Assembly (NCBI RefSeq): GCF_023055435.1
Contig: NW_025963779.1
Coordinates: 86,614,001-86,678,000, forward strand
Reading direction: 5' to 3'
DNA: 64,000 bases
From: Haliotis rufescens
Lineage: Eukaryota
Part shown: positions 50,014 to 62,114 of the stretch, piece by piece
How positions within the stretch are numbered: position 1 is the first letter of the stretch
How the letters are laid out: each line of letters starts with the position of its first letter
Position numbers and translations under genes: made by a program
The notes under the pieces: generated by a model
Databases searched by the model: none
Told to the model about the DNA's origin: nothing
The model's input: only the letters and a program-made list of their open reading frames with translations

Positions 50014-52893
50014 TGATCGTTTTACAAGTCAGACGTACATTTTGATCTTAGGATACGGACATTCACCAAACAATTGAGAATGTCAGTAATGAATTGGAGA
50101 ATAAATCATTTTTCATCTCAGTCAATAGCACAAAAGCAAAATCAAGGCGACCTGTAAATAAACGAGACCTGGCCAACCATTGGCTTAACACCGATCCATA
50201 GTTTCCATGTACATACTCAAACAGTTGACACCGGATCCTCATTTAAGTCGTCTTTTACACCAATCCTGTTTATTTGGGACGTCCACAACGAGGACTTTGT
50301 TAAAGACAAATTGTGGGACACGTGAATGTTGTTAATCCACGTGTATTGTCATCGTGCATAATCATCAGTTTGACGGCAGTATGTTTTATAGAGTCGTTTA
50401 CGATGTTTTGAGAACCCTATGTTTGATACACGCGTGAATCACATTATACATGTATTTAACTGAAAAAGAAATAGATGTTCTTGTGTTTGTAATATGCCAG
50501 GTCAAATGTTGAAATGCTAGCTGTCTTCAAAGCTTCAGCACCATTACCTTCAGGAACGTTCAGTCTTATATTATAATGTGTACATGAAATAACAGGTAAA
50601 TAACAGTATATAGGCAGTACTTTGGATCTGCGTACACGACTTGTGCCACTACGTCGGTGGCATCACATTGAATTATACTACACTGCCGGGCAAAAGAAAG
50701 TATACTTATGGTTGATGGTGGCTTAATTGAAAAAACAAGAACTGGTTATTCGATAGTGATGTATTTGATACGGGTATCATAGTTGTGTTTTGGGCCTTAA
50801 GTTTGCAGTGTTTCGGCGACTGTTTTCAACCTAGTAACGTTTTGATAACGTTTGTAATATTTCGGCAAAATCCATTTTGCAAGTGTCTTTTGCCCGGCAG
50901 TTTACACTAAGCAATAACAACAGTTTAGTTTCACGTTGTATCAGAGACCATGTGAGCTATACTTCAGCCCAGGGATGTCATGCAATTAAGTCCTCAGGTC
51001 CACATACATATGCCAGAGTTTTACAAATTCGGATAAATCTTGATTTTTAGCAGTTCATATCTCTGATAAATAGAATGTTTGACATATAAATATCAAACGT
51101 CAGCGTCAAAGAATAGGCATCAGGTGTTCATGATATGAACAGTTTTACTGTGACAGAATCATCTTGTTCAAACAGCCGACGCTACAGCTTCGCAAGGACT
51201 CTTTGTGTATGTAATCTATATGTAACAACAAACACCTCACGACATTGGCTATTTATAGCGACCTCGTAATAGTGTTGTCATGCTTAAACCTGTGTACAGA
51301 CGAATCAATTGGTATTGAATGGGACACATGTGACACTATCGACGAACGTACTCTTTAAATGCATACATTCAAGAGCAGATAAGTCTGAACATTAGTCGCC
51401 ACAGTTTTGATGCAAATTCAATTTCCTGCTGTGCCTGGTGTCTGCGTTGTGGTCTGTGGCCTTGGTGACTGCCTACTCGCCACCCTGCTCAAGAGATACA
51501 AGGTTGACGATAGTGAGTATAACATGACAGTGGCCTGGTACCACGTGACTAGTGTACAATACTGTTCACTGCCGGAGACGCTTCCTCGGTTTTATTCGGA
51601 AGTATATTCTATTGTTTTGAGGGGCGGTCGGGTAACCTAGTGGTTAAAGCGTTCCTCGTCCCGCCGAAGACCCGGGTTCGATTCCCGACATGGGTACAAT
51701 GTGTGAAGCCCATTTCTGTTGTCTCCTGCCGTGATATTGCTGGAATATTGCTAAAAGCGACGTAAAACCATACTCAGTCACTCCTTCACTCTATTGTTTC
51801 GACACCCTGGCGGTTTCTATGTATAAACGGATTCGGATTCTCGTATGCTGTGTATTATCAGAAAAAACACCATCGGTGGTACATGAGTATACATTACAAT
51901 ACAGTTCCTAAGGCTTAGATAACATACAAGTAGGGATCCTAGACGATTGCGTAATGTTGCCGTCTGATGAATAAAAAGAAAACTACTATTAGATCTACCA
52001 TTAAAAAAGGTTTGATTCTAAACAAAGTATCAAAATATACACACACTACGGGAAAAATTAGTTTCACAGGTGTGAATTAACTGTTAATTGAATAAAACTG
52101 TTATATCTGTCTGTGACAGCTGGCTTATTCACTCACCTAAAAAAACAACGAAAACACATTTAAGTACCGAACTAATGCAGTTAATATTTTCATAAAATAT
52201 ATTTTCACCTCAGTATACAATAAGAAATAGTTTGAATAATGACAAAGTATTTAAGAATAATGAAAAAACACCAGACTCTGCCCAAACAAGTAAATGGTCC
52301 ACCAGTGTGTGGAGCTTATGGGCGTCTGCTACACCAAAATATGATATTTCCTTACAACTATTAATGAATGACTTGGTCTTCATGATATAGCTACCCCAGA
52401 GAATAGTGTTTAGAGTTATATCCCCTCACTTTCTTGACAACTTATTTTATAGCAGTAAATAGTTATTGCTTGACGCCGAACATGCAGTCATGCGACAATT
52501 CCGAAATAGATGTCTTGATCAATTTGAGAATGTGCTTTACGAATCTTGACCCTCATAATATAAAGCTCAAAGTGTGCTAAGAATACAAATTATGAAAGGT
52601 AATACGTCAAATTGTGTGCATCTGTTCAAAAGCCGAAGACAATATTAGCGGGAAGACATGATTAATAAACAAAAGTCTGTTGTCGTGTGCAACTCAATGC
52701 CAACAAACCACTTTTTACCAATATTCAGTCACATTACCTGTCGAGATGAGTGTATTTGGCCAAAGCTGAAACGTCAAAAAATCACGAAAAGGAAATTAAC
52801 TGTCCAAAAACCAACTCTCGGTGGCGCGTATGTGATCGTATGAGACCGTCGTCTCATGCTCCTAATATAGAATTTCTTATTACAGAAGCGGTC

Positions 52894-53523
52894 ATGGAAA
52901 ATTCTGAGAACATGTTTTCCGAGGTATCCCTGACAAGTGATGTGGCGCTTGTAGTCGAGGACCAAAAGCTGCACGTGAACAAAACAGTACTTTCGCTTGC
53001 ATCTCCAGTCTTTGAAAAAATGTTTTTTGGGAAGTTCAAAAAGAAAACCTCATTAGAAGTTCCGCTACCCGGGAAGACATACGACGACATTGTAGAGCTG
53101 CTACTGTGCATCTACCCATCGACCGTCAATCCGGTCACAGTAGACAACATTGACGCACTACTTCCACTGGCGGAGGAATATGCAATGATGTCTCTAATAC
53201 AACGCTGTCGCAGGTTTGTAAAGACCTACCTGAAACTACACGTGCGAACTTTATCCAAGTCTCGGCTGGTACATTTCATGCATCTAGCAGACCGATATGA
53301 CTTTGATGATGTCCTTGAGGATTGTCTGGCTCGGGCTGTGCACATTGAATACAGTGGCACTAATGGGCTACAACACAAGGAGGAGTTCCAAGATCTCAGT
53401 GACAAGGCGGCTGTCCAGTTCTTTAAGCGGCGATTGGTGTTGGTGGAGGGACTTGACAGACCGGTGGTGGCAAAAGCCCCTACTACGTTTATGAGATACC
53501 CAAAACCAGTAGTGAATTGGTGA
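52894..53523 (+). CDS. BTB/POZ protein type B, copy 3 (209 aa), lacking the Cys/His tail
   Basis: Same C-terminal replacement as B1; extra substitutions (GEFKEK to GKFKKK). Confidence 0.82.
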   Translation: MENSENMFSEVSLTSDVALVVEDQKLHVNKTVLSLASPVFEKMFFGKFKKKTSLEVPLPGKTYDDIVELLLCIYPSTVNPVTVDNIDALLPLAEEYAMMSLIQRCRRFVKTYLKLHVRTLSKSRLVHFMHLADRYDFDDVLEDCLARAVHIEYSGTNGLQHKEEFQDLSDKAAVQFFKRRLVLVEGLDRPVVAKAPTTFMRYPKPVVNW

Positions 53524-54448
53524 ATGAAGTGTGTTTCGCTGCAGTCAGTAGCATAATAGCTATATCAAGGCGACCTGTAAATAATCGAGTCCTGGACATG
53601 CTCAAACAGTAGACACCGGATCTTAATTTAACTCGTCTCTAACAACAATCCTGTGTTACTAGGCACATACATAAGGAGGCATTAAAGACAAATTGTATAC
53701 AACTATATAAGAGGCTCTTTGACAATAGGTCTGAGTGAAACTGTTGACATCGAATATGTTTCAGTTCTCTGTTGCTTATGTATATTAAAAGTCATTTCAT
53801 AGAACGGTCTAATCACAAGGATCACAATGTATGTTAGAACCAATTTCCCTTCATCAAGTTTTTTTTTATCTAAGTTACAATCACTTTGCCTTCTCATGTT
53901 CAAGATTTTCACAAAGTAAAGGGTAAAATTATGTTTTGTTTGTTTGTTTATTTGTCGTATCTCTGCCTTACTTCAAAACGTCTTTACGTTGATAGATGGG
54001 ACAAGAAAGGATTTCAGAGAAACTTAGCCTTATTTGTTTGTTTTGTTTGTTGTTTAACGCCAGACTCAGCAATAGTCCAGCTATATGACGGCGGTCTGTA
54101 AATAATCGAGTCAGGACCAGACAATCCAAGGATTGATATCATGAGTATCGATCCACGCAATTGGGATACGATGACATGCATCAACCAAGTCAGCGAGCCT
54201 GACCACCCGATCTCGTTAGTCGCCTCTTACGACAAGCATAATCGCCTGTTACGGAAAGCATGGGTTGCTGAAGACCTATTCTACCTCGGATCTTCACGGG
54301 GTGAGACAAGCATGGGCTGCTGAAGACCTATTCTACCTCGGATCTTCACGGGGTGAGACTAGCTTGGGTTGCTGAAGACCTATTCTACCCAAGATCTTCA
54401 CGTGTTCCTTCTATAATAAGCTGGCTTATGACCAGGCCCCGATTTCTC

Positions 54449-57400
54449 CATAAATTAATTCCATAAACCAGAGGATGCAATGTGTTGATAGCATTGACAG
54501 TAAATTAACTATGATTGACAATAAGCTGACATCTCTCGACATTACAATGATAGAGACAACACTTCGCGTTGATAAGCTTGAAGCCTGTGTGAGAGAGACT
54601 GCATCAGAAAACAAAAAGCTGAAACAACAGGTACGGGAGCTTACAGAACAGAGTACCGAGGATCGGGACAGGTTGTCGAGAGATGTAGAAGACGTGTTTT
54701 ATGACATAGACTCCATATACCAGGAACAGCGAGACCTGAAAGAATCTGTTATTGACCTGAAAACACGCTCTATGAGAGATAATCTACTCTTTCACGGGAT
54801 CCCGGAAATGCCTGGAGAAGAACCTAAAGAGGTAATTAAATGTTTCTTAAAGAAAGAAATGAAGTGTGACACAGACATTCACCTCTTACGTGTACATAGG
54901 ATTGGCCCTCACTTATCTAACAGACCACGTACTATAGTTGCAAAATTTGCAAATCCAGACGAACGGTGGGAAATCCTGACTAACACAAGACAGCTGAGAG
55001 AAACGCAATTCGGTGCTAGTGAACAATTTCCTCAAGAGATTGTGCAGAGACGAAGAGATCTACTCCCCATTTTCAAGGAAGCAAGGAGGCGTGGTTTGAA
55101 GTCTAACCTCACTGTAGACAGACTGTATATAGACGGGAGACGTGTGTACCCAGGAGACGACCCGTTTATAGATCTCACCCCACGAGGCCCTCCCCCCAGC
55201 AGGAGATCATACGCGAGTGGCGTCGGTCGGTCAGACAACAGACAACCAAACAAGATGGCCAGGACTGAGGACACGGGAGAAAACAGGCCGCGGTAGGAGA
55301 ATAACGGAGGTCAGCAAACCCGTGAGTCGCCTAACAGTGAAAACGTAACTTCCCACGAGAAACTTAAGATACTGTCTCTTAATGTGTGTGGTATTAGGAC
55401 AAAGCTGTTGAACCCCGATTTTGTGAACGATGTGTCCAGATACGATATACTGTGTCTGACTGAAACTAAAACGTGTGATTTAGATGCTGTGAACATCCCA
55501 GGATTCTCAGTTCATATGAATAACAGAACTAACGCACTGAACACACGTGTATCTGGCGGGATCATTGTAGCCATCAAAGAGACACTATTTGACAAGGTGA
55601 GCGTCATCGAAAAGATACATGATATTGTTTTATGGTGTAAGATACCAAGTGATTACCTGCATGTTAACGATGACCTTATCCTAGGAACTGTCTATATACC
55701 ACCAGAGCAAAGTAGATTTCATTCACCGGAAATATTTACAACACTAGAAAATGATATCATTCGTATGTCAAACTGCTCACAGTACATGTGTATTGTTGGT
55801 GATATGAATTGTCGTACTAAAAATCTTCCGGATTTTATCATTTTGGACGAATTTTTATGTGACAATGATATTATTGACGAGGAATTATTGTTTTCAAATG
55901 TACAACTTCTAGTTGACAACGGTGTAAAATTAGATAGAATATCAATGGATACTGAAACAAACTGTAACGGGTATAAACTCCTAGATTTATGTAAAAATAA
56001 CCGGCTGTATATTGTGAATGGAAGATTAGGCAAAGACAAGGGTATTGGTAAACTGACATGCAGAAATGCCAGTGTTGTCGATTATTGTATTGCATCAGCA
56101 GAAACATTCCCATTATTAATAGATTTTGAGGTGCAGGAGTTTGACCCGATCTCGTCCGATGCACACTGTGGCTTATCGTTAACGTAAGATTGTACAGCAC
56201 AACAACTATCTCCAGTTATAGATGATGACAAAGATGTACATGTACATAAAGTTGTAAAAAGATGGGTTCCTGATAAAAGTGAAACATTTTTATGTAATAT
56301 CGATAAGGTTGCCATTACCCATCAGTGTACAGAATTAGATGCATGTAAAGACCAAATAGAGCCAAATGACATTAACCAAATTGTAAATAAACTCTCTCAG
56401 ACGCTGGTTACTGCGGCTGCAACTACTCTAGGTACTGTAAGAAATTCTAGACACTCTGTACATAAGCACAAGCATAAACCCTGGTTTGATGAAAAATGTA
56501 AATCATCACGTAGATTTTACCACAAGCGTAAACGTATATATGGAAGGACTAAAGACAGTAATAGCAAAGCTATGTACATTTCAGCTAGTAGAGCTTATAG
56601 TAAAACCCTAAAGAAGGCATTTAAGACATATCAAAACAAATGTGTCCAACAACTGAGGGAATGTAAGGATAGTAACCGAAAGAATTTTTGGGAAATTTTA
56701 AAATCATTTGAACCAAAGAAAACAGCGGAAATAATCAGTATTGACAAATTTTTCGAATTTTTTAAAGACCTTAATCAAAGTTCTGATGATAATGACGATG
56801 TTTTTGCCAATAACACATATTATGATAATCATGATGATATCTTAGATTGTAGGATTACAGAAGAAGAAATTATGTCAGCTGTCCGTGCATTGAAGAACAA
56901 TAAGGCTTGTGGGTTGGATGGTATTTACAATGAGTACATTAAAAGCTCTATTCATGTTATGATGCCGGTTTACGTGAGTTTTTAACCTCGTTTTTGACGC
57001 TGGAGTTTTACCTGAAGCTTGGCTTGTTGGCAAAATAAAAACAATCTACAAAAACAAAGGAAACCAAGCTGACCCAGACAATTACAGAGGTATTTCTATC
57101 CTAAGCTGTTTAGGTAAATTGTTCACTACACTATTGAATAATCGTTTACAAGCTTACTCAGTTCAGACTAATCTGATGAGCGAAGCGCAAGCAGGATTTA
57201 GGAAAAAAATACTCAACAATTGACAATATGTTTATTCTTAAAGCTCTCATTGATATCTATAGAAATCTTAATAAGAAGTTGTATTGTGTTTTCGTCGATT
57301 TTAGCAAAGCTTTCGATACAGTATGGTGGTGTGGTCTGTGGACAAAAATGATAAAGTCTAATATCAAAGGAAAATGTTTTAATGTCATATATAATATGTA

Positions 57401-58884
57401 TCAAAATATCAAATCTTGTGTTTCACATAATAACAAGGTGTCAGGTTTCATCCCATGTAAAATTGGTGTAAGACAAGGTGAAAATTTGTCACCTTTCCTG
57501 TTTGCTTTGTACCTTAATGACCTTGAACAATTTTTATCTGAAAATGACTTTGAAGGACTGCATAATGTAAATATCCTTTTAATAGATTCACTTGAACTGT
57601 ACGTAAAACTTTTTCTCATTCTGTATGCCGATGATACTGTTTTAATAGCCGAAAGCCCAGAAGATTTAAGAAAGTGTCTCACTATATTTGAAGAATATTG
57701 TACTATCTGGAAACTTAAAGTCAATGTTGACAAAACGAAAGTTGTTATTTTTGCCAAGCGCTCCACAAATAGAGTCAAATTTATGTTAAATGACTCGATT
57801 CTTCATGTTGTTAAAGAATATGTTTACCTTGGTATTTTATTTACAAACACTGGTAGATTCTGTAAGGCACTAAAGAGACTGACAGATCAGGCATCTAGAG
57901 CAATGTACGCTGTATTTCGTAAAATTAGAATATTAGAAATTCCTATTGACTGTCAACTGAAATTATTTGATTAACTTGTTCAGCCAGTATTGTTATATGG
58001 ATCTGAGGTGTGGGGTTTTGAAAATGCTGTTTTTAATTGAACGTGTACATCTTAAATTTTGTAAATATATTCTCAAGTTAAAACAGTCAACACCCGATTA
58101 CATGGTATATGGTGAACTAGGGAGGTATCCTCTCAGCATTTTCATTAAGATAAGAATGATTTCATATTGGTGCAAGCTAACATCATCACAAACTAGCCTT
58201 TCTAGTATAGTATATAAACTTATGTTTCAAATGTCCATTGCAAATCCAGATTACCATTTCCCACTATTAAAAGAAGTAAAATGCATTCTTCAAAATATAG
58301 GCTTTAATTACATTTGGCTGTCTCAAACCTTTATTAGTGCCGCATGGTTGAAACAAAATGTGAAACATGTTCTCATTGATAATTTTCTGCAAAGATGGCG
58401 AGAATCAAAGGAAAATTCATCTAAAGGTTACTATTATAACATGTTTAAAGAGTTACCGTCTCTAGAACCTTATTTACTAGAACTACCAATCACCCTACGC
58501 ATCTCTCTTGCTCGTTTTAGAACAGCAAATCATAGATTACCTATTGAAACAGGAAGATGGTATAATATTGTGAGAGAGGAAAGAAAATGTACATTGTGTA
58601 AAATTTTTATATGTGATGAAATGCACTTTTTATTAGAATATCCAAAACTCTCAGAAATTAGAAACAAGTTTTTGCCTCAATACTACTGTATGTATCCTTC
58701 TGCCGTAAAATTCTCCCATTGGATGTCCATTACTTATAAGCCAATTCTATTAAAACTGGCAAGTTATATAAGATCATGTATGGAAATGTTCCACTGACAT
58801 GTTTTCTTCATTGTATCTAATTCCTGTGTCCAATTACATCTCTGTATCACTGCCTTGATTTACGAGAATAAACATCATTCATTC
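54449..58884 (+). mobile_element. LINE, duplicate of 20755-25064, with a more complete ORF1 (54475-55296); inactivated
   Basis: Same junctions and shared lesions as copy 1. Confidence 0.95.
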
Positions 58885-59151
58885 AGCAACAGTCCTGGTG
58901 TTAGGATCTCAGTAACGGTGGCACCAGGCACGACTGGAGGGCAAAACATTCGTACAATGAGATTTTTTGCATGTTTGTTTTGCCAATGTATAATTACTGT
59001 TTCTTGTGGTGCATACGTGCAGTTTGTTGTATGTTGATACAGTATACTGTCGTGATTGTCTAGACCCAGGCTCGTGGCCCGCCCTCGCTATACAGCCTTA
59101 GAACATGAAGCCATGCTGTCCAACGGCTAATGGAGCCTAGATTAGATTGTG

Positions 59152-59762
59152 CCCCTGTATACAGCTCCTACTACCTGGAGCAGGTTGCCACTCCCCCTAT
59201 ATACAGCTCCTACTACCTGGAGCAGGTTGCCACACCCCCTTTATACAGCTCCTACAACCTGGAGCAGGTTGCCACTCCCCATTTATACAGCTCCTACAAC
59301 CTGGAGCAAGTTGCCACTACCCCTTTATACAGCTCCTATAACTTGGAGCAGGTTGCGACTCCCCCTTTATACAGATCCTACTACCTGGAGCAGGTTGCCA
59401 CTCCCCCTTTATACAGCTCCTATAACTTGGAGCAGGTTGCGACTCCCCCTTTATACAGCTCAAAACACCTAGAGCCGGTTTCCACACACCTGTTATACAG
59501 CTCCTACTACCTGGAGCAGGTTGCCACTCCCCCTTTATACAGCTCCTATAACTTGGAGCAGGTTGCGACTCCCCCTTTACACAGCTCAAAACACCTAGAG
59601 CCGGTTTCCACACACCTGTTATACAGCTCCTACTACCTGGAGCAGGTTGCCACTCCCCCTTTATACAGCTCCTATAACTTGGAGCAGGTTGCGACTCCCC
59701 CTTTATACAGCTCAAAACACATAGAGCCGGTTTCCACACACCTGTTATACAGCTCCTACTAC
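59152..59762. repeat. 42-bp minisatellite, about 14 copies, 3' end deleted
   Basis: Same unit, fused directly to ccctcccgcttccgccctcagatac. Confidence 0.95.
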
Positions 59763-61831
59763 CCCTCCCGCTTCCGCCCTCAGATACACATACAAACGTC
59801 AAAAGAAGTAGAGGTTCGAAGTAAAACGTGAGCTTGATGCTGTGCTGAGATCACGAGGGTCGAAACATGGCGAACACCTGACAGGAAGTACAATCTCAGC
59901 CCTGTACCACAATGCTCTGCTTCCTGCTAGTGATGACGTCTCGTACATCAAGTCGCCTCACTGTAGCAGAGCTCCACGAATTGTAGATTAGAAACGGCTT
60001 CTTTCAGTAGACTAATCGGATTTACGCTTAACTCAGCTTTGCAAAAGCAGGCTAGACGTAGATGATTTATTCTTGTCTATTTATTTCACCTTTCGTTGTG
60101 TAAATACCATCTACGTCATTCTATGTATATGTACATAATACGCGCGTATGTGTGTGCGTGTGTGTGTCTGTGTGTGTGTGCATGTGCATGTGCATGTGTG
60201 CGTGTATGTGTGCGTGTGTGTACATCATGTTAATAGACATTTGTATAATTATCCGTCAATGTAAATATATATTTCCGGACAGATCAAAAAACGTTTTAAA
60301 TGGTAAATTGAAAGTCATGAAACTGCCATACCAACCCCCTTGACAATGATGGCTGCATAGCGAAACAAAAGGTTCTATTATCAAGATAAATAATTCCATG
60401 TAACTGTGTTCAGTAGTGTTGAAACGATTCATCGACTCACCAATTCATCCCGATATCAAAACCAACGCTACGATACACAACAAGTTACGGGTGGGTGTTT
60501 GAACGGGAAATATTCAATATTAAACACTTCACATATTCTCCAAGCTGACCGACACCCTTTTTTTCTATTTTATAGACCGGGGCGGTGGGGTAGCCCAGTG
60601 GCTGAAGCGTAAGATCGTCACGCCGAAGTCTTGGGGTTCGATTTGCCACATGGGTACAGTGTGTGAATTCCATGCCAGGTGTTCTCCGCTGTTATATTGC
60701 TGGAATATTGAAAAAAGCGGCGTAATACGCACTTACCATCATGCAGTTTGGGGCTGCATTGGGATTATCAGGGATTCGTTTCTGTATCAAACTAGCACTC
60801 CGTGCGTACAGGTTTACTCTGGAGTTGTGTAAAAGGGTACGAAGTGTGACGTTAGTGAATCGTTCCAGCTCTTCTATTAACTTAACGTAAACGCCTTCCT
60901 ACTTTCATGTTTTTCTCCCCAAAATTAGAGGTAGTCATCGAGTCATTTTAAAAGGTTAGAAGACCTAAATTTGCATGAGTCCTAAATACTTCACAAATGA
61001 ATTGTCCTTCTTCACACATAATCAGCACGACATCTTGTTTAAACGTATCTCGCATTACAACAATCAAACTAGTAATCGTATTTTCCTTGTGTCTTGTTAT
61101 ATAAAGCTTACACTCAAATCGTTGATGACTACCTTTAAGCAGTGAAGCCGTGAAGCCGTGAAGCCGTGATATAACTGAAATACTGTTTAGTCGGCTGGTT
61201 CACTGTAATTAATAGTTTGTCATTGTATACATGTACATAGTGATGTATCTGGTACATGTACGTACGCTTCATCCATTTGTACATAATGTTCCGTGTATAT
61301 AACATCATGTCTTCATCGTTCTAATAATCGAATAAAACAATATCAATATAATCGTTCGTGTGTTTGTATATATCTATCTGAAGTATCGGCATGTAGGTAT
61401 TGTGGCATATCACTTATCCAAGGTTGTATTTATTTACCAAATGAAAAGTGGTTATGAATTTTTCACACATTGTTTATGGGCAGGCTATCATATTGATACA
61501 ACAATAACATTATTTCGTGGGTACAGAAATTGATTTGTTTGCATGTGATAGAGATACAATCATAATCACATCTAAGGTGTTGACGTTGAAATTAAGATTA
61601 AAAATGTGAAACAAAATCCCCACACTCATTTCATAGTCATGATATTATGCTATAGGCGGGAAAGATAGATCCATATGACCATCACCATCACTTATTTTGC
61701 TATTTTGTTTTAAAATCCGGATTGATTTCAACGTTATGAAAATGTGTGGGCATGTATAACATTTTGCTCAGCTGGGCCCACAGAGAGATTCTGGTCAGTA
61801 AGACTTTATATTTTCATTAAATCGTGTTTGA

Positions 61832-62114
61832 GTGAGTGAGTGAGTGAGTTGGGTTTAACGCCGCTTTTAACAGTATTCCAGTCATATCGCGGCGTGTCAG
61901 CTTAATGTGGGAGGAAAGCCCGAAGTGATGCAGGTCTCAGACGTTTACCACTTCGGTGAAACCCACGAGCACGGGTATGGTGCTGACAAACCTAGAAACA
62001 TAATCGGGGCGAACCGGGATTCGAACCCACAATCATAGGTTTCTGGCGTGTCCAGGGACGCAACTCTGCACAGCGAATCGCGGCGCCTTAGACGACTGGG
62101 CCACCCGTGCCCCC
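61832..62114 (-). mobile_element. Full-length young V-SINE-like element with 13-bp TSD
   Basis: aaatcgtgtttga at 61819-61831 and 62115-62127; A box TGGCCCAGTCGTCTAAGG, B box GGTTCGAATCCC; (ACTC)n tail; empty site in units 1-3. Confidence 0.9.

Larger units (their letters stand above)
39942..58884 (+). repeat. Segmental duplication unit 3 (expanded minisatellite, BTB-A3, BTB-B3, LINE)
   Basis: Collinear with unit 1; same LINE insertion junctions. Confidence 0.92.
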
